Source: Acidobacteriota bacterium | GTDB lineage: Bacteria > Acidobacteriota > UBA6911 > JACQSX01 | Length of the DNA stretch: 26,219 bases | Direction of reading: 5' to 3' | Assembly: GCA_036507075.1 (NCBI GenBank) | Contig: DASXQR010000217.1 | Coordinates: forward strand, 1 to 26,219 | Shown: piece by piece, positions 1-8,378 of the stretch | Layout of the letters: every line of letters starts with the position of its first letter | Position numbering within the stretch: position 1 is the first letter of the stretch | Position numbers and translations under genes: made by a program | The notes under the pieces: generated by a model | Database searches by the model: none | Seen by the model: the letters and a program-made list of their open reading frames with translations, nothing else | Told to the model about the DNA's origin: nothing

Positions 1-59
1 GCGGTTCATGTTTTTGAATCCCGGCTTGTGCGCGCGGCTCGGACGACTGCGTTATCCCA

Positions 60-65
60 TATAAT
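60..65 (+). promoter_or_regulatory. Possible sigma70 -10 box upstream of the fumarase gene
   Basis: Perfect TATAAT 17 nt before the ATG. No convincing -35 box seen. Confidence 0.3.
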
Positions 66-82
66 GTACGCTGGAGGTCCTG

Positions 83-1603
83 ATGAAAGCCTTTGAAGCA
101 AGCTTACTCAGCCTGATCACAGAAACTTCGTCGAATTTGCCGGCCGACGTCCGGGCCGCGATGTCTGCGGCGATGGGCCGTGAGAACCCGGGGACACAGT
201 CATCCCAGGCACTGGCGATTATTGCCAACAATATTGATTTGGCCGAAAAGAAAGAAGGGCCCATCTGCCAGGACACGGGGATGCCAACCTTTGAGATCCA
301 TACTCCGGTGGGATTCAACCAGTTGGTTCTGGAGAGGCAGATCCGGTCTGCCATTGCGGAGGCCAGCAGGCAGGGAAAGCTTCGCCCCAATTCGGTTGAT
401 TCCATAACGGGTAAGAACAGCGGTGACAATCTGGGACCCGGCACTCCGGTAATGCATTTTCACCAATGGGAAAAACCGGAAGAAATCGAAATACGGCTGC
501 TGCTGAAAGGAGGCGGGTGCGAGAACAAGAACATCCAGTACTCGCTTCCCGCCGAACTTCCTCACCTGGGTCGCGCCGACCGAAACCTGGATGGAGTGCG
601 AAAGTGCATCCTTCATGCGGTGTGGCAGGCACAGGGCCAGGGTTGCAGCGCCGGGGCGCTCGGTGTCGGCATCGGCGGGGATCGAACCTCGGGATATCAG
701 TTGGCTAAAGACCAGCTCTTTCGCTCCCTGGAGGACACGAATCCGGATGCACAACTTGCGGCTCTCGAACAGTACATTATGCGGGTTGCCAACACGCTGG
801 GCATCGGCACGATGGGGTTCGGCGGCGGAGTCACGCTGATCGGCTGCAAGATCGGCTCGCACAACCGCCTGCCCGCCAGTTTTTTTGTATCCGTCGCTTA
901 CGACTGCTGGGCCTTTCGCAGGCTGGGTGTGGTTCTGGACGCAACTAGCGGCGAAATCCGTCGCTGGCTTTACCGGGATGCTGCGCCCCCGGCGATGCAA
1001 ACTTCCGAAGGCTTCCTGATCACGGGGCGCGAAGTGAAATTGACGCCCCCGCTGGACGAGCAAAAGATCCGAAACCTGAAGGTGGGGCAGGTGGTGCTGA
1101 TCGAAGGCGAAATGTTCACCGGCCGGGACGCGGTTCATTCTTACCTGATGAAAAACACCCCGCCTGTGGATTTGAAGGGAAGCGTGCTCTACCACTGCGG
1201 GCCGGTCGTTATGAAAGAAAACGGAGGGTGGAAGATGACCGCTGCCGGACCGACCACCAGCATCCGCGAGGAGCCATATGAAGCTGATGTAATCGGAAGA
1301 TTCGGCGTGCGCGCGGTGATGGGAAAGGGTGGAATGGGCAAGAAGACTCTGCAGGCGCTGCAGCAGCATGGAGCCGTCTATTTGAATGCCATAGGCGGGG
1401 CGGCGCAGTACTATGCCCGCTGCATCCAGAAGGTAAAGGATGTGCACCTGATGGAATTCGGAATTCCTGAAGCCATGTGGCACATCGAGGTAAAAGATTT
1501 TCCCGCAATCGTGACTATGGATGCCGGCGGAAACTCCCTGCACGCAGACGTCGAAAAGGCATCAGCCGCCGTGCTGGCCACTCTGGCTGATCCCGTGTTC
1601 TGA
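83..1603 (+). CDS. fumA: Class I (Fe-S) fumarate hydratase, fused alpha/beta domains
   Basis: Motifs PICQDTG, KGGGCEN, CWAFRR, TGRDAVH, AAGPTTSIR, GKGGM and EAMW are characteristic of the class I fumarase/tartrate dehydratase family. RBS GGAGG at 73-77. Confidence 0.9.
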   Translation: MKAFEASLLSLITETSSNLPADVRAAMSAAMGRENPGTQSSQALAIIANNIDLAEKKEGPICQDTGMPTFEIHTPVGFNQLVLERQIRSAIAEASRQGKLRPNSVDSITGKNSGDNLGPGTPVMHFHQWEKPEEIEIRLLLKGGGCENKNIQYSLPAELPHLGRADRNLDGVRKCILHAVWQAQGQGCSAGALGVGIGGDRTSGYQLAKDQLFRSLEDTNPDAQLAALEQYIMRVANTLGIGTMGFGGGVTLIGCKIGSHNRLPASFFVSVAYDCWAFRRLGVVLDATSGEIRRWLYRDAAPPAMQTSEGFLITGREVKLTPPLDEQKIRNLKVGQVVLIEGEMFTGRDAVHSYLMKNTPPVDLKGSVLYHCGPVVMKENGGWKMTAAGPTTSIREEPYEADVIGRFGVRAVMGKGGMGKKTLQALQQHGAVYLNAIGGAAQYYARCIQKVKDVHLMEFGIPEAMWHIEVKDFPAIVTMDAGGNSLHADVEKASAAVLATLADPVF

Positions 1604-1710
1604 TTTTCCCCGGCGACGAGACGTCCCAATGGGGCTTCTCTGGAGATGTGGATCGTCTTGAGGCAGTCCCGGACAAGCGCGGCTTTCGCCGCTGGTAAGG
1701 CGTGGCGTGA

Positions 1711-2319
1711 ATGACTGAAAGCAATCGCAAGAAGCTGATTGTAGGGATCACCGGCGCTACCGGAAGCATTTACGGCATTAGAATTCTCCACGCGCTGCAA
1801 GGTTCCGATGTGGAAACACATCTGGTCGTCAGCAAATGGGGAGCGCGCACGCTCTTACATGAGACGCGGTACACGCTTGAGCAGGTAAAAAAAATGGCCT
1901 GCCGGGTTTATCACCCCAGCGATCAGAGCGCGCCTATCTCCAGCGGTTCTTATCTGACCAGCGGAATGGTTGTGGCCCCCTGCAGCATGAGGACTCTTTC
2001 GGCCATCGCCGTCGGGCAGGCCGATAATCTGATCCATCGGGCGGCCGATGTGATCCTGAAAGAGCGCCGCAGGCTGGTGCTGCTTGTTCGTGAAGCCCCA
2101 CTGAATGAGATCCACCTTGAAAACATGCTTAAGCTTAGCCGGATGGGCGTCATCATCGCCCCGCCTGTTCCCGCCTTCTATAACCACCCCCGCAGTATCG
2201 ACGATATAGTGGATTACACTGTGGCGCGAGTGCTGGACCAGTTCGAAATCCAGACGACCTCCGTCCCCCGCTGGGAGGGGAACATGTCTGTCTCGGGAGC
2301 TCCGCGGGAAGAAGAGTAG
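1711..2319 (+). CDS. ubiX: Flavin prenyltransferase UbiX/Pad1
   Basis: Motifs IVGITGATGSIYG, APISSGS, VAPCSMRTL, RAADVILKERRRLVL, REAPL, HLENMLKL and PPVPAFY. Confidence 0.95.
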   Translation: MTESNRKKLIVGITGATGSIYGIRILHALQGSDVETHLVVSKWGARTLLHETRYTLEQVKKMACRVYHPSDQSAPISSGSYLTSGMVVAPCSMRTLSAIAVGQADNLIHRAADVILKERRRLVLLVREAPLNEIHLENMLKLSRMGVIIAPPVPAFYNHPRSIDDIVDYTVARVLDQFEIQTTSVPRWEGNMSVSGAPREEE

Positions 2320-2417
2320 CCCTCCGACTTTGCCGCGCCCGTGGCATAAATTGCCTCCAATGCGCCCATGCGCAACAAATCGTCAATTTTCAAATTTGAA
2401 ATCTTCAAATATGGAGT

Positions 2418-3266
2418 TCAAATCTTTGAACGCAGTGTGATCATCACTATTTCCGGCGGGCAAAGCAGCCGCAGCGGGACATAGGTTGTCCCGACGCCTC
2501 GCGTAATGAAGAGCTGAGTGCTGCCAAATGTGAACGAACCCGACGCGTAACGGCGTCCCAGACGGGTTCTGGTCAGTAGCGGTCCAATCCACGGGAGTCG
2601 GATCTGCCCTCCGTGTGTGTGGCCGGCCAGGATCAAGTCGGCTTTGCGGGAACTCTCGCGCAGCACCACATCGGGCGAGTGCGACAGGAGGATCTGGCAA
2701 TCCGGAAGAGGTTTGGCGCCCGCGTGCATTTGCTGCAGGCTTCGATTCAGCGCTGTTTCTGAAAATGGAGAGGAGACGCCGGCGATTCCAAGCGTGGCAT
2801 TCCCTCGCTTCAAAATGTCTCGCTCGCCGCGAAGGACCCTTATTCCCAACTTTTCCAGTTCAAGCATAAGGCGTGTGGAATCCTGATTCCCCTTCACAGC
2901 ATAGATTTTCTGAAAGCGTTGGAATGCGGGAAGCAGAATCCGGAGCTGGTCGAGAGTCTCCCGTTCGGTGGCATGCATGTCCATGAAATCTCCGGCAATC
3001 GCCGCGATATCGGCATTCACACGGGCTACGTGGTCACGCACTTTTTGTGTGTAAGCGCTGTCGTTGAACAGGTGAAGGTCCGACAAAAACAGAATCCTGA
3101 ATCCTTCAAACTCCCGCGGCAAGCGAGGCAGGACGATCTCGATTGAAGCAGTTTCCAGGTGTTTTGCCTCGCGGTAAGCCACAACGGTGACCACCACAAG
3201 AAGCACTGCCAAGCCAAGGGATGCGAAAAACAGAATGCGACTCATCCGGCGGGCGATGACGGGCAT
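2418..3266 (-). CDS. Membrane-anchored calcineurin-like metallophosphoesterase (YkuE/YaeI type)
   Basis: N-terminal TM/signal segment. Motifs SDLH, AGDF, GNQD (GNHD variant), LLSHSPD, AGHTHGGQI, TRGVG and CPPEI. Confidence 0.88.
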   Translation of the reverse strand: MPVIARRMSRILFFASLGLAVLLVVVTVVAYREAKHLETASIEIVLPRLPREFEGFRILFLSDLHLFNDSAYTQKVRDHVARVNADIAAIAGDFMDMHATERETLDQLRILLPAFQRFQKIYAVKGNQDSTRLMLELEKLGIRVLRGERDILKRGNATLGIAGVSSPFSETALNRSLQQMHAGAKPLPDCQILLSHSPDVVLRESSRKADLILAGHTHGGQIRLPWIGPLLTRTRLGRRYASGSFTFGSTQLFITRGVGTTYVPLRLLCPPEIVMITLRSKI

Positions 3267-3271
3267 GAGGT

Positions 3272-3583
3272 CTATCTTTTCTTCACCAGCCGCAATGAGC
3301 CTTTTGCCGGGACTTTCTTTTTGCTCTTGGAAGGATTGGCTTTCTCCAGCCTGTGAAATTCAAAATCGAGCGATTTGAGACGCAGCATTTCCAGGAGCTT
3401 GCGCACTGCTTCGTCGGTGCGCTCGCGAAGCTCCAGCGACGTCACTCGGAAATGCTTTGCGATCCAGGGCACCGGCTTCTTGGGAAAGCCGCCAAAACCG
3501 TAGCGGTACATGAGCATCTGCGCCATTTCGCGGTCGTCTTTGAGGAGCTTGTAGAAGGCCTGCTCGATTCCGGTCATCGGCAT
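3272..3583 (-). CDS. Small protein resembling a stand-alone sigma70 region 4 HTH domain
   Basis: Starts immediately after the aminotransferase stop and ends 5 nt before the next gene. REMAQMLMYRYGF...IAKHFRVT...DEAVRKL resembles the RpoD region 4 pattern. Basic C-terminal tail. Confidence 0.6.
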   Translation of the reverse strand: MPMTGIEQAFYKLLKDDREMAQMLMYRYGFGGFPKKPVPWIAKHFRVTSLELRERTDEAVRKLLEMLRLKSLDFEFHRLEKANPSKSKKKVPAKGSLRLVKKR

Positions 3584-4777
3584 TCAGAAGCTGCCCGGTC
3601 TGTAGGTTTGCATGTAGCTCTTCAGCCTGTGGAAGGCCTCTCTCAGTAAATCGGGCTCGGCGGCAAAGCATAGGCGGATCGAGCCCTCGCCTCCCTGGCC
3701 GAAGCCGGAGCCCGGCGACATGCCCACTCCCGTCGTACGGAACAGCTCCTTTGCGAAAGCCAGGGAATCGCGCAGCCCGGCGAATCTGAGCAGAAGATAA
3801 AACGATCCTTCCGGTTTTAGAAATCCGACATGCGGAAGGCGCGACGCCAGTTCGCAGCACAGATCCCGATTGGCGCGATAGTGAGCCACGGTTTCTTTGA
3901 CGTAACTTTCGCCGTCGCGCAGAGCCACCAACCCGGCGCGCTGCGAAATGGAGCTGGCGCAGGTGGTGGTAAATTCGGACAGGCGCACCATGGCGGCCAT
4001 GGCCCGCGCGCCTGCAAGAGCGTAGCCGAGTCGCCAGCCCGTCATCGAATAACTCTTCGAAAAGCTTTGCAGAACGATCAAATGGTCCCAGTCGTCGGCG
4101 ATATTGAGGAAAGAAGGAGCGGTCTTCCCTTCTTCCCGGTAGTAAAGCCTCTCGTAAACCTCATCGGATACGAGCACCAGGTTGCGATCCAGGCAAAGCT
4201 TCCAGAGCTGTTTTTGTTCGTCGGGCGTTATCACCCACCCGGTGGGATTGTTGGGGCTGTTGACAACCAGCGCACGCGTCTTTTCGTTGACTGCTTTCTC
4301 GATTGCCGGGACGTCCAGACGATACCCCGAGTTCGTTTCCAGAAGCGGGATCTCCCGTGGAATAGCGCGGCACGCCAGTATGTTGGAATGCAGATACGGC
4401 CAGACAGGCGAAATCAGTATCGCCTCGTCGCCCGGGTCGAGCAAAATCCGCAGCGCCAGCGCCGCCGCCAGCACGCCGCCATCAGTGACGATTACCTGCG
4501 TTTCAGGATCAAGCCGGATCCCGTGAAGCCTTTCGCTTTGCATGGCAATGGCCTGGCGCAGTTCCAGGTAACCGGCTGTGGGCGTGTAAAACATGTACCC
4601 CTCCCGCATTGCATCGATTGCCGCCTGCCGGATGAACTGAGGCGTAGGAAGATTCGATTCACCAAAATAGAGACCGATAGCATCTTTGATCTGCGGCTGC
4701 ATGGCTGCAATTTCGCGGATTTTTGAATTTGGAATCTGCAGCGGAACAGGCGAGAGGCGAACAGTTTGAGCCGGCAT
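3584..4777 (-). CDS. PLP-dependent aminotransferase class I/II (aspartate aminotransferase-like)
   Basis: Motifs NSPNNPTG, SDEVY, SFSKSYSMTGWRLGY (PLP lysine) and IRLCFA. Start placed at ATG 4777, which is preceded by an AAGGG SD. The ORF track extends to 4795. Confidence 0.92.
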   Translation of the reverse strand: MPAQTVRLSPVPLQIPNSKIREIAAMQPQIKDAIGLYFGESNLPTPQFIRQAAIDAMREGYMFYTPTAGYLELRQAIAMQSERLHGIRLDPETQVIVTDGGVLAAALALRILLDPGDEAILISPVWPYLHSNILACRAIPREIPLLETNSGYRLDVPAIEKAVNEKTRALVVNSPNNPTGWVITPDEQKQLWKLCLDRNLVLVSDEVYERLYYREEGKTAPSFLNIADDWDHLIVLQSFSKSYSMTGWRLGYALAGARAMAAMVRLSEFTTTCASSISQRAGLVALRDGESYVKETVAHYRANRDLCCELASRLPHVGFLKPEGSFYLLLRFAGLRDSLAFAKELFRTTGVGMSPGSGFGQGGEGSIRLCFAAEPDLLREAFHRLKSYMQTYRPGSF

Positions 4778-4841
4778 GAGACCCTTTCGACGCAACTATT
4801 CTAGCATGTGGTAGTCGTGACGTTTCGCAGCTCGATTCCTG

Positions 4842-4948
4842 TGCGAGTGGGCAGGAGAGTGGGGGAGTGGGAGAGTGGGGGAGTGAGCGAGTGGGGGCTG
4901 CGATATCGCAGAATTCCCACTCTCCCACTCCCCGCTCTCCCACTCGCA
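4842..4948. repeat. Inverted array of 8-bp tandem repeats (GGGAGAGT/ACTCTCCC) around a 14-bp palindrome
   Basis: Outer arms TGCGAGTGGG (4842) and CCCACTCGCA (ending 4948). Central CTGCGATATCGCAG at 4898-4911. Lies in the divergent intergenic region. Confidence 0.85.
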
Positions 4949-4969
4949 ACGAACGCCGCCGGATTAGCG

Positions 4970-4975
4970 TATAAT
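4970..4975 (+). promoter_or_regulatory. Possible -10 box for the MoxR/vWA operon
   Basis: TATAAT ~78 nt upstream of ATG 5053. The -35 box is poor. Confidence 0.3.
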
Positions 4976-5052
4976 TGTCAGCAATTAGAATATCCCGGGA
5001 AGCGAGAACCCTTCCTTGCCCCCTGAGGAACAACCGGTTTGGCGGAAATAGG

Positions 5053-7326
5053 ATGAAGGCGGTATTTGAGTTTTTGCTGAAGTTCAGGCCGGTTGTCTTT
5101 GAGAAGGGGCATTTCCATTTCCAAAACCTCGGCCCGGTCTTTTATCTCGTCTCGGTTGCGGCAATAGCCGTATTACTTGTCCTCCATCTGCATATTCGCC
5201 GTCGCCAGACTCCCGCAGCCGCCGCAAAACGGGCGATGTTGCTGGGGCTGCATATGGCAGTACTGCTTTTGATTCTGACCATGATGGCCGGCCCTGCCGT
5301 GCTGGTATCGGAAATCAATCCGCGTGAGAGCCGGCTTGCCGTCTTGATTGACGACTCGCGCAGCATGCAGATTCGCGACGATTCGACCCGGTCCCGGGCC
5401 GAACGCGTTCACCAGCTCCTTGATCCGAAGGGAAGCTTCGTGCGTAAGGCGTCCGATAAGTTCGAGGTCAACTACTACCTGTTTTCGGACCGCGCTTCCT
5501 CGCAGAACCTGTCGCAGGTCCTGGCCAGCAGGGCCGAGGGGCAAAGCACGAACTTCGAATCCGGCCTGGGGCAGATCGATCAGGAAATGGCACACTTGCC
5601 GCTGGCGGGAATGGTGGTCATTTCCGACGGCGCGGATAACGGATCGCGCCATCTCAATGAAACCATCGACAAGCTGCGCTCCCAAAAGATACCGGTGCAC
5701 ACGGTGGGGGTGGGACAGGAACGGCTGGATCGCGATGTTGAGCTGGTGCACGTGAGCGTGCCGCGGCGCATTGTGCCGGAATCCGTTTGCACCGCCATTC
5801 TGACGCTGCGCAACCGCGGCTTTGGCGGCCGGAAAGTTCGCATAGACGCGCGCGACGGTGAGTCTCTGATCCAGACGCGGCAAGTGGAACTGCAGTATGA
5901 AAAAGGAACTCAGACTGTGGAGTTCCCGTTCTCTGTTTCCACCACAGGAGTGAAGAATCTCAAGTTCTCAGTTGAGGAACTTCCCGGAGACGTACTTCCG
6001 CAGGACAACTGGACGCAGACTGTCATGGAGGCGCGCGCTTTCCAGCCGAGGATCCTGTACGTGGAAGGGGAACCGCGCTGGGAATATAAGTTTCTTCGCC
6101 GCGCTCTGGCTGACGATCACTTCCTGCGCGTGGAAACGCTGCTGCGCACCGCCAACAATAAGTTCTACCGGCAAGGCGTGGAAAGCGAAGACACGCTGGC
6201 TGCCGGATTCCCTTCCCAGGCGGAAGATCTTTTTCAGTATCAGGGCCTGATCCTGGGTACCGTCGAGTCCTCGTTCTTCACTTACCACCAGTTGGAAATG
6301 ATCCGCGACTTTGTGGGCAAGAGGGGCGGAGGCTTCCTGATGACCGGAGGGCAGCGGTCGTTTGGGGGCGGCAAATACCAGAACACTCCGGTGGAGGAGA
6401 TTCTCCCGGTGCACCTGCTGTCCATCGGTTCGGCCGACTACCGCGAAGGGACAGTCAGGCCGGAGATCACTCTCTATGCGCGCAGTCAGTCCATTCTCAC
6501 CCTCCCTGCGGCGTTGAATCCCGCTCACAGCGGCCGTCCGACGGTGCCACCGCTGGAAGACTTTCATGCGCTCACGGAAATCAAACCGGCTGCCACTGTG
6601 CTGGCCAATGCCGGAGGCGCGGTTCGCGCCCCGGTGCTGGTGGCCACGCAACGCTATGGGCGGGGACAGGCGCTGGTTTTTGCCAGCGGAAGTTCCTGGC
6701 TGTGGCAGATGGGTTTGGACCGGCGTGACACTTCGCACGAAGACTTCTGGAGGCAACTGTTGCGCTGGATGGTCCACGAAGTGCCGGGCCAGGTTTCGAT
6801 TACTCCGGACAAGGCCGAGTACGTTACTGGAGAAACGGCGGTAGTGCGCGCGGAAGTTTTCGACAAGGCCTACGACAAGGTCTCGCAAACCAGCCCTTTG
6901 CTCCAGGTTACCGGCCCGGATGGCAGGCCGCACACCTATCCGATGGAATGGACGGCCGTGCAGGACGGCATTTATTCCAGTTCAGTGCCGGTGGACAAGG
7001 ACGGCATTTATCAGTTTCAGGTTTCCGCAGACGTCAATGGGCAGAACGTCAGCGAGCAATACTATTTGAGGACGTCGCCGGCGAATCTTGAGTTCCATGA
7101 CGCGGGACAGCATGTGGATTTTCTAAAGATGCTCGCGGCGCAGAGCGGCGGGCGTTACTATCCGGCCGAACAAGCGAACGATTTGCCCGAGGAAATCATC
7201 TATCAGGCGGGGAAGACGTCCAGACTCCAGGTGAAAGAATTATGGGACGCCCCTGTTTTCTATTTTCTGATTGTTGGAATGTTGGCTGCTGAATGGGGAC
7301 TGCGACGAAAGTGGGGGCAGCCATAA
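5053..7326 (+). CDS. Membrane protein with vWA domain and glutamine-amidotransferase-like (GATase1/DUF1355-like) domain
   Basis: Two N-terminal TM helices. MIDAS DDSRS...T...SDG. RILYVEGEPRWEYKFLRRAL, RGGGFLMTGG and QRYGRGQ motifs. C-terminal TM followed by EWGLRRKWG. Start placed at ATG 5053 after an AGG SD. Confidence 0.8.
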   Translation: MKAVFEFLLKFRPVVFEKGHFHFQNLGPVFYLVSVAAIAVLLVLHLHIRRRQTPAAAAKRAMLLGLHMAVLLLILTMMAGPAVLVSEINPRESRLAVLIDDSRSMQIRDDSTRSRAERVHQLLDPKGSFVRKASDKFEVNYYLFSDRASSQNLSQVLASRAEGQSTNFESGLGQIDQEMAHLPLAGMVVISDGADNGSRHLNETIDKLRSQKIPVHTVGVGQERLDRDVELVHVSVPRRIVPESVCTAILTLRNRGFGGRKVRIDARDGESLIQTRQVELQYEKGTQTVEFPFSVSTTGVKNLKFSVEELPGDVLPQDNWTQTVMEARAFQPRILYVEGEPRWEYKFLRRALADDHFLRVETLLRTANNKFYRQGVESEDTLAAGFPSQAEDLFQYQGLILGTVESSFFTYHQLEMIRDFVGKRGGGFLMTGGQRSFGGGKYQNTPVEEILPVHLLSIGSADYREGTVRPEITLYARSQSILTLPAALNPAHSGRPTVPPLEDFHALTEIKPAATVLANAGGAVRAPVLVATQRYGRGQALVFASGSSWLWQMGLDRRDTSHEDFWRQLLRWMVHEVPGQVSITPDKAEYVTGETAVVRAEVFDKAYDKVSQTSPLLQVTGPDGRPHTYPMEWTAVQDGIYSSSVPVDKDGIYQFQVSADVNGQNVSEQYYLRTSPANLEFHDAGQHVDFLKMLAAQSGGRYYPAEQANDLPEEIIYQAGKTSRLQVKELWDAPVFYFLIVGMLAAEWGLRRKWGQP

Positions 7327-7349
7327 CTGGAGGCGGAATCCTGATTCTG

Positions 7350-8378
7350 ATGATTGGCGGTAAAGAAGTTCGAATCGGCGGCGGGGGGAAACGCAAAACT
7401 GGAACAGACTCTGCGTTTTCATCCATTTTCCGCAATTCGCGCTCGGTGGTTCGCCTCGCAGTATTTCTGCCGGCGTGTTGTTTTGCGGTGGGCGCCTCGC
7501 AGGCGGCCACGCATGCGCTTATCCTGCGCGGCCTGGGGGGCGATGCGGCCTACGAGCAATTGTTCTCGCAATGGACCGCCGACTTGAGCGCGCGCTTGAT
7601 ATCCAACGGGGACAGCCTCGTCACGCTTGCTCCTCAAGGCGCCAATTCCATCAACCGCGAAAACATTTTGCAGGCAATCTCGAAATATCAGACCCTCGGC
7701 AAAGGGGACCTGTTGCTGGTTTTCCTGCTGGGACATGGAAGCTTCGATCAGAAGAACTATCGGTTCAACATTCCCGGACCCGACATGACGGATGTCGAGC
7801 TGGCGGGCGCGCTGCGAAAAGTGACCGCGCCGGTAGTCGTGATTAACGGCACTTCGGCCAGCGGCGCTTCGCTGGCAGCTCTGAGCGCCAAAGACCGGGT
7901 GGTAATAACGGCCACCCGCAGCGGCTCGGAAACGGTTCCCCCGCGTTTTGCGGGCTTCCTCATCGAAGGGTTGCGTGGAGGGGCAGACGCGGACAAGAAC
8001 GGTTCGATTTCGCTGCTCGAGCTGTTTCAGTATGCGCGCAAGCAGACGGCCGAGTGGTACCAGTCGCAGAATCGCCTCGCCTCAGAACATTCGCTGCTGG
8101 ACGATAATGGTGACGCGAAGGGAATCGATAATCCGGCCCCGGGCACCGAAGATGGCGCGCTGGCGGCTTCTCTTCGCATCGTCTCTCTGGTGCCTGCTGG
8201 GGCGGCGCAGAACGTGGGGCGCGATTTACTCGACCGCAAACAGCAATTGGAAGCTGAAATAGAGAAGCTTCGCTTTCGTAAATCGGAGATGAAAGAGGAA
8301 GAGTATCAGAAGGAGCTGGAAAAACTGGTGCTGGAGCTGGCGAAGATCAACAGGCTGATCAAGGGAGACAAGCCTTGA
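7350..8378 (+). CDS. Exported caspase/legumain (clan CD)-fold protein with EF-hand-like loop and C-terminal coiled coil, catalytic Cys absent
   Basis: Signal-like segment, LLLVFLLGHGS, VVVINGTSASG, VITAT and DADKNGSISLLELF. Start uncertain (7293, 7350 or GTG 7446). Confidence 0.65.
   Translation: MIGGKEVRIGGGGKRKTGTDSAFSSIFRNSRSVVRLAVFLPACCFAVGASQAATHALILRGLGGDAAYEQLFSQWTADLSARLISNGDSLVTLAPQGANSINRENILQAISKYQTLGKGDLLLVFLLGHGSFDQKNYRFNIPGPDMTDVELAGALRKVTAPVVVINGTSASGASLAALSAKDRVVITATRSGSETVPPRFAGFLIEGLRGGADADKNGSISLLELFQYARKQTAEWYQSQNRLASEHSLLDDNGDAKGIDNPAPGTEDGALAASLRIVSLVPAGAAQNVGRDLLDRKQQLEAEIEKLRFRKSEMKEEEYQKELEKLVLELAKINRLIKGDKP

Noticed and set aside
200..1543. Long antisense ORFs (200-1543, 3830-4726, 5968-6933, 8897-10015, 12798-13760, 16567-17853, 23092-23895)
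   Set aside because: Each shadows a well-supported gene on the opposite strand and has no recognisable motifs. Such ORFs are expected in GC-rich coding DNA.
2384..2410. Palindrome TTTCAAATTTGAAA (2388-2401) between convergent genes, considered as a terminator or repeat element
   Set aside because: AT-only stem with no loop or U-tract and too short to classify. It may be a repeat remnant, but that is not supportable.
4716..4740. TTTGAATTTGGAAT in the aminotransferase 5' end as another inserted repeat
   Set aside because: It encodes IPNSKIREI, which fits the usual S-x-IR N-terminal motif of this enzyme family, and it has no inverted partner.
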